From: Longimicrobiales bacterium
GTDB lineage: Bacteria; Gemmatimonadota; Gemmatimonadetes; Longimicrobiales; Gaopeijiaceae
Length of the DNA: 64,000 nucleotides
NCBI GenBank assembly: GCA_965238005.1
Contig: OZ250165.1
Span: 1,120,001-1,184,000 of the forward strand
Direction: 5' to 3'
This document shows, one piece after another, positions 1 through 9,774 of the stretch (positions are counted from its first letter, which is position 1; every line of letters begins with the position of its first letter). The notes beneath the pieces were generated by a model. It was not told the origin of the DNA. It searched no databases and worked only from the letters and a program-made list of their open reading frames with translations. The translations under genes were made by a program, and so were the position numbers.

Positions 1-976
1 GCGCCACCCCGTCCCGAGCCATGGCGAAGTAGATCCGCGGGCCCACGGCAGTCATGGCGCTCACCGAACCGAACATCGCCAGGGCGATAAGGCTCGTGAC
101 GGCCAGCGAGCCCCGGAAGCCGAATAGCCTCTCCGCGGCCAGCTGTCCCACGGCGATGGCCGGCTCCCATTCGGGTTGGGGCAGGGCGTAGAAGAAGAGC
201 GCGTTGATGAGGAGATAGACCGTCATGACGAAGAGCGTCCCCCCGAGCATCGCCCTCGGGAGGTTCCTCCCCGGGTGGTGTACCTCTCCGGCGATGTACG
301 CGGCGGCGTTCCATCCGGCGTACGCGTAAGTCACCTGCAGGAAGGCCACCCACGAGTTTCTACCAGGCTCGGCACGGGCCACCAGCCCCGACCACGAGCC
401 GTTCCCCGTCGAGAACCCGGCCAGCACCATGATCCCGATGGAGCCCACAACCATGGTGGCCAGCACCGTCTGGAAGCCACCGCTCCAGCGGATGCCCACC
501 GAGTGGACCAGTGTGAGCAGGAGGACCATCATCGAAGCCGCGGCTGCCCCCTGGCTGATCCCGAGCCCTTCGATGAGCGGCGCGTCGGCGTTCCATCCGC
601 CGAGCAGGGGGGCCAGGTAGGCGATCACCCCCAACGCCGACGCCGCCATGGCGGCCGAGAACCCCACCACGAACGAGGTCCAGCCGCTCAAGAAGCCCCA
701 GACCTGGCCGAGTCCCCGGGTCAGGTAGCGGTATTCGCCTCCTGACGTGGGCATGTGGGTGGCCAGCTCGGAGTAGCAGAGCGCGCCGCAGAGGGCCAGG
801 AAGCCGGCGGCGGCCCACACGCCCAATGAGCCCAGGGCGCTCCCCGTCGCCACGCGCACGAAGGCCGGGACCGTGAAGATTCCGGAGCCGATCATGTTGG
901 TGACGACGAACGCTCCGGCCGCCACGGCCCCCAACGTGCGGACCAGACCGTCCGCGCCGACCTCTCGTTCTGACAT
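1..976 (-). CDS. APC-family amino acid permease (3' end runs off the window)
   Basis: Translated by hand from the ATG at 976: MSEREVGADGLVRTLGAVAAGAFVVTNMIGSGIFTVP...CYSELATHMPTSGGEYRYL...GFLSGW. Has APC motifs (IGSGIF, ELA..P.SGG.Y). Not in the ORF track because it is open at the window edge. Confidence 0.88.
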   Translation of the reverse strand, partial: MSEREVGADGLVRTLGAVAAGAFVVTNMIGSGIFTVPAFVRVATGSALGSLGVWAAAGFLALCGALCYSELATHMPTSGGEYRYLTRGLGQVWGFLSGWTSFVVGFSAAMAASALGVIAYLAPLLGGWNADAPLIEGLGISQGAAAASMMVLLLTLVHSVGIRWSGGFQTVLATMVVGSIGIMVLAGFSTGNGSWSGLVARAEPGRNSWVAFLQVTYAYAGWNAAAYIAGEVHHPGRNLPRAMLGGTLFVMTVYLLINALFFYALPQPEWEPAIAVGQLAAERLFGFRGSLAVTSLIALAMFGSVSAMTAVGPRIYFAMARDGVA

Positions 977-1072
977 CAGACGGCGATCTCCCTTTCGGTC
1001 CTGGACGGTCTGGCCGCGTTGCGCACCTCGGGGGGGCGCAAGAGTCGGACCACTGCGGCCTCCTAGAGGCCT

Positions 1073-2740
1073 CTAAGCCAGTCCCACGATCTCGCCGTTG
1101 TCCTTGATCGACATGCCCACCGCCGCGGGCCGGGCCGACAGGCCGGGCATGGTCATGACGTTGACCGTCTTGGCGACGACGAAGCCCGCTCCCGCCGAGG
1201 GAGTCACATCGCGCACCGTGATCTTGAAGCCGGTGGGCCTCGCCAGGAGAGCGGGGTTGTCGGAGAAGGAGTACTGGGTCTTGGCGATGCACACGGGCGC
1301 GCTCCGCATACCGAAGGACTCGAGGCGGTCGAGGGCTCGTGCGGCCTCGTCCAGGAAGTCTACTCCGTCCGCCCCGTAGATCTCGGTGGCGATGACACCG
1401 ATCTTCTCGCGCAGGCCCATGTCGTCGGGATAGAGAGGCCGATAGTCGGCTTGTCCGGAATCGATCACCTCGCTCACGACGTCGGCGAGCTCCAGGCAGC
1501 CGGTTCCGGTCTGTCCGTGCGGGTCGGCCTCTACGGCCAACACCCCGAAGGCCTCGCACGCCTCGAGGACCGCCGACACCTCGGCGTCCGTGTCAGTGGC
1601 GAAGCGGTTGATGGCCACCACCGGCGGTACGCCGAACTTGCGAAGATTTTCCACGTGCGCCTGGAGGTTCACCAAGCCGGCTTTGAGGGCCTCCAGGTTC
1701 TCCGCCTTCAGGTCGTCCTTGGCCACGCCGCCGTGCATCTTCAGGGCCCGAATGGTGGCTACGACCACCACCGCCTGAGGCTCGAGGCCCCCCACGCGGC
1801 ACTTGATGTCGAAGAACTTCTCGGCTCCGAGATCGGCCCCGAACCCCGCTTCGGTCACCACGACGTTCCCCAGGGCCAGTCCGGCCCGGGTGGCGATGAG
1901 GGAGTTGCAGCCGTGGGCGATGTTGGCGAACGGCCCGCCGTGGACGAAGGCCGGAGTGCCGCCCAGCGTCTGCACCAGGTTGGGGTTGACGGCCTCCTGG
2001 AGGAGCAGCGTCATGGCGCCGGGGGCGTCGAGCTCGGCGGCCCGGATGGGCTCTCCTTGACGCGTGGAGGCCACGATGATGTTGCCGAGCCGGGCGGTCA
2101 AATCCTTCAACGAGTCGGCGAGGCAGAAGATCGCCATGATCTCCGAGGCAGCGGTGATGACGAAGCCGTCTTCCCGCGGAATCCCGCCGGTCCGGCCGCC
2201 CAGACCCAGAACCACGTGCCGCAGCGCCCGGTCGTTCATATCCACCGTCCGGGGCCAGGTGATCTGGCGATGGTCGATGTCCAGGCTGTTGGGCCGGAAC
2301 AAGTGGTTGTCCAGCATTGCCGAGAGAAGTCCGTGGGCCGAGGTGATGGCGTGGAAGTCACCCGTGAAGTGCAGGTTGATGTCCGCCATTGGGATCACCT
2401 GGGAGTATCCCCCGCCCGCCGCTCCGCCCTTGATCCCGAAGACCGGTCCCAAGCTGGGCTCTCGTAGACACAGGACGGGGTTCCGCTCCCGAAGGGTCAG
2501 GGCGTCGACGAGCCCCACGGCCATCGTGGATTTGCCTTCGCCGGCTGGGGTGGGGCTCATGCCCGTGACCAGAACGAGCTTCCCGTTCCGGTTCTCCCGG
2601 TCGTTGATCACGTCCAGGGGCACTTTGGCTTTGTAGTGCCCGTAGGGCTCGATGTCCGTGGCTCCGAGCCCGACTTTGGCCGCGATCTCGGTGATGGGCC
2701 TCAACTCGGCGGACTGTGCGATCTCGATATCGGTCAGCAT
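1073..2740 (-). CDS. fhs: Formate--tetrahydrofolate ligase
   Basis: MLTDIEIAQ start; motifs TPAGEGKST, GIKGGAAGGGYSQV, HGGPFANIAHGCNS, TEAGFGADLGAEKF. Confidence 0.97.
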   Translation of the reverse strand: MLTDIEIAQSAELRPITEIAAKVGLGATDIEPYGHYKAKVPLDVINDRENRNGKLVLVTGMSPTPAGEGKSTMAVGLVDALTLRERNPVLCLREPSLGPVFGIKGGAAGGGYSQVIPMADINLHFTGDFHAITSAHGLLSAMLDNHLFRPNSLDIDHRQITWPRTVDMNDRALRHVVLGLGGRTGGIPREDGFVITAASEIMAIFCLADSLKDLTARLGNIIVASTRQGEPIRAAELDAPGAMTLLLQEAVNPNLVQTLGGTPAFVHGGPFANIAHGCNSLIATRAGLALGNVVVTEAGFGADLGAEKFFDIKCRVGGLEPQAVVVVATIRALKMHGGVAKDDLKAENLEALKAGLVNLQAHVENLRKFGVPPVVAINRFATDTDAEVSAVLEACEAFGVLAVEADPHGQTGTGCLELADVVSEVIDSGQADYRPLYPDDMGLREKIGVIATEIYGADGVDFLDEAARALDRLESFGMRSAPVCIAKTQYSFSDNPALLARPTGFKITVRDVTPSAGAGFVVAKTVNVMTMPGLSARPAAVGMSIKDNGEIVGLA

Positions 2741-2959
2741 TCTGGTTCCGTGTCGGTCGATTCTGATTCTCGCCGTGTAGGGCCTCCCGAGGTTCCTGTC
2801 GGCCGACCGGCTGCGCTTCGGGCACCCAAGTCTGCGAAGCGGCCGTTCAGGCTGGGCTTTTCGCCAGAATTCTGCAAGAGGGGAGGCGGGAGGGAGGCGG
2901 GAGCGGAGGACTCTGGAGCGCGTTCCTATTCGCAGAGATATACGTATCTTTATATCGTG

Positions 2960-2987
2960 AGTATACGTACGGAGGTTGCAATGTCCA
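2960..2987 (-). promoter_or_regulatory. Candidate sigma70-type promoter for fhs
   Basis: Minus strand reads TGGACA-N16-TATACT within a locally AT-rich patch about 220 nt upstream of fhs. Confidence 0.3.
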
Positions 2988-3017
2988 AGAAGGCCCGGCA
3001 ACGCCGCGAGACCCCGC

Positions 3018-3053
3018 CTAGAGGCCGGCTGAAGAAGTGCAGCGAGCCGCTAG
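3018..3053. repeat. 36-bp CTAG-flanked inverted-repeat element on the ilvA stop codon
   Basis: CTAGAGGCCGGCTG...CAGCGAGCCGCTAG, ends match 11/14 as an inverted repeat. The left end matches 27634-27655 at 19/22. Confidence 0.55.
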
Positions 3054-4270
3054 ACGTACTCCCGCACCGAGGTCCCGAGAGCCTCCAGCGCCGCGACGAT
3101 CTCCTCTACGTGCTCTCTCCCACGCGTCTCCAAATGCATCACGATCTCCACATCGCCTACGGTGATGTCAGCGAACGCGCGACGGTGGCCAATCTCAAGA
3201 ACGTTGGCACGGAGACCCGCTGCGACCTTGGTCAGTGCCGCTAGCGATCCTGGGCGATCCCGGACGGTGACCATCAGCCTGGCCAGACGCCCATCTGCTA
3301 CCAACCCCCGTTCGATGATGCGGGCGATCAGGTTCACGTCGATATTGCCGCCGCAAAGTACCGCGGCCACTACGTCGTCGGCCCCGACCGGGATCCGCCC
3401 ACTCACCAACGCCGCCAAAGGTGTGGCTCCCGCCCCCTCGACTACGGTGCGCTCGCGCTCCAGAAGCAGTAGGATCGCGCTGGCAATCTCCTCCTCCTCA
3501 ACGACGACGATGTCATCCACGTACTCCTCGATCAGAGGAAACGTGAGGTCGCCGATCCGCTTCACCGCGATGCCGTCGGCGATGGTCTCAGCGCTCTCGA
3601 TGTCAGTCACCTCACCCATCTCTCGCGAGCGATACGCCGAAGGTGCGGCCGCAGCCTCTACGCCGATCACACGGAGCGAAGGGCTCAGGGCTTTCGCGGC
3701 AACCGCGATTCCCGAGATGATCCCGCCCCCTCCGATAGGCACCACCACGTGCGTCAAGCCAGGCACCTGCTCGACGAGCTCCAGGCCGATGGTGCCCTGG
3801 CCCGCCATGATGGCCCGATCATCGTAGGGATGCACCATGGTGAGGCCCTCCTGATCCACCATGCGGCGGGCCTCGGCGAGTGACTCGGAAAACGTGTCCC
3901 CATGCAAGAACACACGCGCTCCATAGCGACGCGTGTTCGAACTCTTCACCAGGGGTATACCGATCGGCATCACCACCGTCGCAGGAATCCCGAGGCGCGT
4001 GGCATGGTACGCGACCGCTTGCGCATGGTTACCGACACTAGGCGTCACGATTCCCCGTGAACGCTCCTCGCCTGATAACTGAAGCAGCTTGTTGAGCGCA
4101 CCACGGTCCTTGAACGAGCCTGTGCGCTGCCGGGTCTCGAACTTGAGCCAGAGGGAGCATGCCAGCAGATCGCCAAACGCCGTCGATCTTGTGCAGGGGG
4201 TGAGCACCACCTGATCTCCCAGGCGCTCCCTCGCCTCGAGGATGTCAGGTAGGGTCAGGGATCGCGACAC
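3050..4270 (-). CDS. ilvA: Threonine ammonia-lyase (PLP) with a single C-terminal ACT domain
   Basis: QRTGSFKDRGA PLP-lysine motif, GNHAQ, PIGGGG, CGGNID, ACT-like DRPGSLA. Confidence 0.9.
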   Translation of the reverse strand: MSRSLTLPDILEARERLGDQVVLTPCTRSTAFGDLLACSLWLKFETRQRTGSFKDRGALNKLLQLSGEERSRGIVTPSVGNHAQAVAYHATRLGIPATVVMPIGIPLVKSSNTRRYGARVFLHGDTFSESLAEARRMVDQEGLTMVHPYDDRAIMAGQGTIGLELVEQVPGLTHVVVPIGGGGIISGIAVAAKALSPSLRVIGVEAAAAPSAYRSREMGEVTDIESAETIADGIAVKRIGDLTFPLIEEYVDDIVVVEEEEIASAILLLLERERTVVEGAGATPLAALVSGRIPVGADDVVAAVLCGGNIDVNLIARIIERGLVADGRLARLMVTVRDRPGSLAALTKVAAGLRANVLEIGHRRAFADITVGDVEIVMHLETRGREHVEEIVAALEALGTSVREYV

Positions 4271-4587
4271 TGCCGGGACAGTCGAGCTGTTGTTGGGAAC
4301 GAGGTCCTCCTCGCGTGGTCGCTTGGTTGCAGACTCCAGTCCACGTTACAGCCAACTCATCGCACTGCGGTATGCCAGTAATCGAAGCGAGGGGTCAGGT
4401 CAACCGGCGAGGAGGCCGTTCCCAGCCCACGGTGCACGGTCGCCGTTCGCCCCTGCAAGGACGCGACGAGGGGACAGTGGTTGCGTCCGGTGTGTGCGGG
4501 CGGGCAGGTTGCTCCGCAGGCGACCCCTCGTCCTAGGACCAAGGGCCCGTGCAGCCGATCGAACACAAGCAACCGATGGAGGCCGTC

Positions 4588-5556
4588 ATGAAACTCGCAA
4601 CCGCCCTGTTCGCAGCCGCCCTGTTCGCGGCAACGTCGACGTCCGCGCAGGACACACTCCGGTTCACGCCGACGGTCGCGTATCCGACATTCGACGTGCG
4701 CGAGCCGGTTGCCACGATCCGGCCCGGCACGATCCTCATCTCCAACACGAATCATGGGGCGTATTACGATCCCGGCGGGGGGGATTTCCCGGGTGAGGTC
4801 GGCCCGTTCTGGATCGAGGGCGCAACAACGAACGACGTCTTGGTCGTGGAAATCCTCAAGGTCCGGCCGAACCATGACCTGGCCGGCGTCCAGCTCTACT
4901 CGGACTTCGGAGGCCTGGCGACCGACTCGCGTGTGCGCCTGCTGAACGATCCGATCCAGGCTCGTCGCTACGAGTGGAGCCTGGACATCGAAGCCATGAC
5001 GGGTACGGTCGAGCTTCCGGACTCCGAGATGGGCGAGATCACGATCGAGCTTCATCCGATGCTCGGCCGGGTCGCCGTGGCCCCCGGAGCCGGTGAGGCG
5101 TTCGCTGGGCTCTGGCCCGGCAACTTCGGTGGCAACATGGACGCACCCGAGGTGCGGGAAGGCACGACGGTATACCTGCCGATCTTCAACGACGGCGCGT
5201 ACCTCTACTTCGGCGACGGCCACGCCCGGCAGGGCGAAGGGGAGGTCAACGGTACGGGCCTCGAGACGTCGATGGACGTGATGCTCCGCATCGACCTCAT
5301 CAAGAACAAGACGATCGCGTGGCCGCGCTTCGAGGACGAGACGCACATCATGGTGGCCGGGAGCGCGCGGCCGCTCATCGACGCCTTCAGGCTCGCGCAC
5401 GTCGAGCTCATCGAGTGGCTCGTCGACGAGTACGGCTTTGGGAAGTGGGACGCCTACATGCTCGTCGGGCAGCTCGGCGAGAACACGATCGCCAACATCG
5501 TCGACCCGATCTACACGGTGGTCGCGAAGTTCCCGAAGGAGCACCTGCCGAGGTAG
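4588..5556 (+). CDS. Acetamidase/formamidase family protein with signal peptide
   Basis: GGAGG RBS before ATG 4588; GPFWIEGA, GGNMD, FGDGHARQGEGE motifs; N-terminal MKLATALFAAALFAATSTSA. Confidence 0.85.
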   Translation: MKLATALFAAALFAATSTSAQDTLRFTPTVAYPTFDVREPVATIRPGTILISNTNHGAYYDPGGGDFPGEVGPFWIEGATTNDVLVVEILKVRPNHDLAGVQLYSDFGGLATDSRVRLLNDPIQARRYEWSLDIEAMTGTVELPDSEMGEITIELHPMLGRVAVAPGAGEAFAGLWPGNFGGNMDAPEVREGTTVYLPIFNDGAYLYFGDGHARQGEGEVNGTGLETSMDVMLRIDLIKNKTIAWPRFEDETHIMVAGSARPLIDAFRLAHVELIEWLVDEYGFGKWDAYMLVGQLGENTIANIVDPIYTVVAKFPKEHLPR

Positions 5557-5836
5557 GTGCCTGGTGTTGACGCCACCCTGCCTCGGTGGAGACCCGCGCT
5601 CCTCGACACCGGCTGTCCGCCGGGCAAGGATGTTCCGACTCGACCGTGTGTCATCCCAGCGGGCGTCCCCGTTCGAACATCGCCGTGGGAAGTCTCGACC
5701 CGCTCATGAACCGGCCCTCGGGATGGTGCGGGAGGCACAGCGAGATCCTACATTCGGCGCCTAGGGCTGCCGTATCGGCGGCCCTTCGCCTTACGCCCGT
5801 CGCTTTGACGGTGCTCTCTGACGACAGTCGAGTTCC

Positions 5837-6245
5837 ATGACGCGATCCGACGAACACGAGATCATAGACCGGTGGAAGGATGAGCCCGCGCCGCTCCTTC
5901 CGGTCCTGCAGGCCCTCCACGATCGAGACGGATATCTGTCCGAGGACGCCCTGCGCGCCGTGGCCGCCGGCCTTCGCATTCCCATCGCCGACCTCTTCGG
6001 CCCGGTCACCTTCTACCATCACTTTGCCCGCGAGCCGGGTGGCCTCGACGCCCCGCGGGTGTGCACGGGACCGATCTGCAAGATGAAAGGGGCTGAGGAT
6101 CTGGTGGCCGCCCTGAACGGCGCCACGCCCATGCCCTGCTCGGGCCGCTGCGACGACCCCATTCCGGTGCTGCGAGGCCACCACACGCTGGTGGGCCTTT
6201 CGGCGGAGAGCCTGGAGTCTAAGCCGTCCCCTCTGCCGCCAGCCG
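5837..6245 (+). pseudogene. NuoE-like (2Fe-2S) N-terminal part of an NAD-linked formate dehydrogenase subunit, truncated
   Basis: LLPVLQALHDRDGYLSE...VTFYHHF...VCTGPIC...CSGRC. Homology stops near 6245, where NuoF-like sequence takes over in a different frame. Confidence 0.75.
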
Positions 6246-6822
6246 CTCAGGAGTCTCGAGGGCAAGCATCCATTCCCCCGGAACCGGCCTCCCTATCCGG
6301 TCACCCATGGCTTCGAGGACCTCCCCACGGTCGTCAACAATGTGGAGACGCTGGTGTCCGCGCCGCCCATCGCGCGACACGGTGCGGACTCGTATCGGGG
6401 GCTGGGGGGCGGCGAACAGGCCGGCACCAAGGTGATAAGCCTCTCGGGTGATGTGGCCCGGCCGGGCAACTACGAGGTTCCCCTGGGCTTTCCCCTCATG
6501 GAGCTCATCGACGGCTGGGCGGGAGGAACGGGAGAGGGGCGCACGATTCAGGCAGTCACCATGGCGGGACTGTCGGGCGGTTTTCTCGCCGGTGAAGACC
6601 TGGACGTGACGCTGGACGAGCCGAGCATCCGGGCGAAGGGCTCGTTCCTCGGAGCGGGTGGGATCATGGTCTTCGACGACACCCGTGACATGATCGAGGT
6701 CTCCCATCAGGCCATGGAGTTCTTCGCTCACGAGTCGTGCGGCAAATGTTTCCCTTGTCGCATCGGCACCCAAAGGCTTATGGAACGACTGGCGGGTAAG
6801 GCGGGTTCCAAGGAGTTGGCTC
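6246..6822 (+). pseudogene. Internal fragment of a NuoF-like (NADH/FMN-binding) subunit
   Basis: SLEGKHPFPRNRPPYP..PTVVNNVETL..SGDVARPGNYEVPLG..HESCGKCFPCRIG. The N-terminal GRGGAGF-type region and the C-terminus are absent. Confidence 0.8.
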
Positions 6823-8019
6823 TTGTACGGCAAGGCCGAGCGTGGGGCGATCTACTACACGCTCGGGATCACAGAGCACATCTGCGGCGTCGAGAACGTG
6901 CAGAGTCTATGCAACCTCGCCCTCCTGACCGGGAACATCGGCCGGGAGGGAACGGGCATAAACCCCATGCGCGGGCAGAACAACATTCAGGGAGCCGGGG
7001 ACATGGGCGCGCTGCCCAACAACTACCCGGGGTTTCAGCCGGTCACCGACCCGACCAATCAGGAGAAGTTCGAGAAGGCGTGGGGGACCAAGGTCGATCT
7101 CGAGAAGGGGATCACCAAGGTCACGGCCCTGGACATGTGTGGAGATCAGATCCGGGCCATGTACATCGACGGTGAGAACACGCTCATCTCGGACCCGGAC
7201 CGAACGCACTGCGAGCACGCCCTGAGGAGCCTCGACTTCCTGGTCGTCACCGACCTCTTCATGACCGAGACGGCCGAGCTGGCCAATGTGGTCTTCCCGG
7301 CCGCCGCCTGGGCCGAGGTGGACGGGACCCAGACGAACACCGAGAGGCGGATTCAGCGTCTGCGGGCGGCCGTACCGCCTCAGGGCGATGCCATGCCCGA
7401 CTGGTGGATCACTTCCCAGCTCGCGAGGCGCATGGGATTCCAGGGCTTCGATTACGATGGGCCGCACGAGGTCTTCAATGAGTGCTGTGAGCTGTCGGCC
7501 ATCTACCAGGGGGTGAACTGGGATAGCGTCGAGCACGGCGAATACCAATGGCCCGTCCCCTTCGACGGCCATCCCGGGACACCCCGACTGCACGAAGAGG
7601 AGTTCGTCAACGGCCGTGGCATCTTCACGGTCGCGGAGTACCGGGATCCGGCGGAGACCATCGACGACGACTACCCGGTGTGGCTCACCACGGGCCGCAG
7701 GCTGGCATCGTACCACACGCGCACCCAGACCGGGCGATCCGCCGGAATCGAGTACCTCCTGTCCGAGGAGGTCCTGGAGGTGCACCCGACGGACGTGGAG
7801 GAGTGGGGCCTCGAGGACGGAGGCTGCGCCATCGTCTCCAGCCGCCGGGGATCCGTACGGGTCAAGGTCCAGGCCAACAACCGCTCGCCGAAGGGAACGG
7901 TCTTCACCACGTTCAGCTTCAGTGACGTTCCCGTGAACGTGCTCACCGGATCCGGGTACGATCCCATCACGCAGACGGCGGAGTTGAAGGTCTGCCCGGT
8001 GCGTGTGGAGCCCGATTGA
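6823..8019 (+). pseudogene. C-terminal fragment of formate dehydrogenase alpha subunit (molybdopterin oxidoreductase)
   Basis: NLALLTGNIGREGTGINPMRGQNNIQGAGDMGALP, GTQTNTERRIQ, LTTGR, ELKVCPVRV. No RBS, and the Fe-S and Cys/Sec ligand region is missing. Confidence 0.82.
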
Positions 8020-8086
8020 CGGAGGTGGTGGTTGAAGGGGTTTCCGCTACTCGTCCTGCTGATCCTCCTACCTGCCAAGGCGCGGG

Positions 8087-8569
8087 CTACCCTGCGGGAG
8101 CTTCGTCTGCGGAGCCCCCTGTCTCCTGGGGAGGCTGATTGCGGTCCACAGGCAGGTCCGGTTCCACCAGCACCTCGGGGTCCGCCGCCGCGCGCCCTGC
8201 CGTGTCCCGGATCCCCTCCACGATCTCCTTGAGTCGGTCGTGGGCCTGGTTCATTTCCTCCCTGACGTCGTCCTCGCTGCGGATTCCACGCTCCAGATCC
8301 ACGGCCAGCCAGTTCAGCCGTCGCACCACGTCGAGAAGCAGCCTCACATGCGACCGAAGAGCACCGTACTGCCGATGGCGGAGCCGGGTCCTGGGCAGAT
8401 CACTGATCATGTCGGCGATCCCCAGAGCGTCTGCGGCCCAGATGATGGGAAGGAGAAAGAGCAGCCCCATGGTGACCCGCGCCAGCGGTTCGGTGAACAC
8501 GTAGATGACGACAGCGTCCAAGAGGGAAGCCGTGACCAGCACAACAGTGTAGAGAAGCTTGGATCGCAT
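8087..8569 (-). CDS. Hypothetical membrane protein (two N-terminal TM segments, helical C-terminus)
   Basis: ATG with GAGG upstream; hydrophobic N-terminal segments. Confidence 0.6.
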   Translation of the reverse strand: MRSKLLYTVVLVTASLLDAVVIYVFTEPLARVTMGLLFLLPIIWAADALGIADMISDLPRTRLRHRQYGALRSHVRLLLDVVRRLNWLAVDLERGIRSEDDVREEMNQAHDRLKEIVEGIRDTAGRAAADPEVLVEPDLPVDRNQPPQETGGSADEAPAG

Positions 8570-8740
8570 ACGACCTCGGGTCAGTCTAGTTTTGGGTGGC
8601 CGTCCGAGCAGTTGGGTTTCTGGTTGTATGAGGAAGGTTAGCGGGACTCCTCCACCTTATCCAACGATGGCTCACGATGCCAGGAAAATCGTGCTTGGGT
8701 GTGCCGGTCCGCCCCGCTGTCGACCTTGGGGCGCCCTGAG

Positions 8741-8806
8741 CTAGTGTCCCGCTGCCAAAGTGTCTCGGCCAGTCGAGGGCACGGTGCATCCGCAACGGAA
8801 CACTAG
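8741..8806. mobile_element. 66-bp CTAG-flanked MITE-like element on a TAG stop codon
   Basis: CTAGTGTCCCGCTGC...GCAACGGAACACTAG, 13/15 inverted repeat. Shares AAGTGTCTCGGCCA with the copies at 58665 and 22103. Confidence 0.6.
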
Positions 8807-9774
8807 TTCGGATCAGGGATCTTGCCATCCAGGATGCTTCGGAGCGCCGCCCGGGAGAGATTTCCCCCCGAAACCACGCACACGATCTTGCCGCCCCCCG
8901 CCTGCCCCGCCATGGCGGCCGCCACGGGGGCGGCACCGGCACCCTCTGCGATAAGCCGGTTCCGGAGCACCAGAAGGCGAATCGCCTCGACGACCGCCTC
9001 TACCCCCACCACCAGTGAGCCGTTCAGGAGCGTTCGGGCCAGGGGCCACATCTCCGCCAGGACGCTCTTGCCTCCGATCCCGTCGATGAAGGTTGGAATT
9101 CTGTCGATGGCCGTGGGCGCTCCTTTGTCCAGGGAGGCCCGGAGGGGTGCTGCTGTCTCCACTTCGCAGGCGAACACCTTGGTGCCCGGCTTGAGCGCCT
9201 TCACCGCTGAAGCGATCCCACAGCTCAGCCCGCCGCCGCCATACGGGACGAGGATGGTATCGACGTCCGGAAGATCTTCGACGATCTCGAGGCCCGCGGT
9301 GCCGTTGCCCGCGATGACCGCAGGATCGCTCACCGGGTGGATGAAGAGGCCGGGGACGCCCGGATGGTGGTGGTTCACGATGACCTGCCACCACTCCTCG
9401 AAGGGGAGGGGGATGGCTTCGGCGCCGAGGCGGCGGATGGCTTCCATCTTGGTGTCGGGCGCCGTGTCGGGGACCACGACCCGGCAGGGAATACCCAGGC
9501 GTCGGGCGTTCCAGGCCACGCCCTGAGCCATGTTGCCGGCGCTGGCCGTGTAGACGCCGTCCGCGAGAAGCTCCGGGCCGGCCAGCGCCATGGCGTTCCC
9601 CGACCCCCTCAGCTTGAAAGAGCCAATGGGCTGCAGGCTCTCCAGCTTGAGATAGATCTCCGCGGGGGCGTCGTCCGCCGTCAGCGGCAGAAGTGGTGTC
9701 CGCAACGCAACGCCTCGGATGCGCTCGCGTGCCTCCCGGATGGCCTCCAGGGGGACGGGCTCGACGGCTCTAAT
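8803..9774 (-). CDS. Threonine/serine dehydratase or serine racemase-like PLP enzyme (start uncertain, possibly ATT at 9774)
   Basis: LQPIGSFKLRG, TASAGNMAQ, PYGGGGL, SGGN motifs; homology begins near EPVPLEAIREARERI. Confidence 0.85.
   Translation of the reverse strand: MRAVEPVPLEAIREARERIRGVALRTPLLPLTADDAPAEIYLKLESLQPIGSFKLRGSGNAMALAGPELLADGVYTASAGNMAQGVAWNARRLGIPCRVVVPDTAPDTKMEAIRRLGAEAIPLPFEEWWQVIVNHHHPGVPGLFIHPVSDPAVIAGNGTAGLEIVEDLPDVDTILVPYGGGGLSCGIASAVKALKPGTKVFACEVETAAPLRASLDKGAPTAIDRIPTFIDGIGGKSVLAEMWPLARTLLNGSLVVGVEAVVEAIRLLVLRNRLIAEGAGAAPVAAAMAGQAGGGKIVCVVSGGNLSRAALRSILDGKIPDPN

Noticed and set aside
2741..2960. ZTP or THF riboswitch in the fhs leader
   Set aside because: I could not match the consensus elements by eye; an Rfam scan would be decisive.
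6823..8019. Intact short molybdoenzyme, or programmed frameshifts joining the FDH pieces
   Set aside because: Hundreds of conserved residues are missing at each junction, which frameshifting cannot supply.
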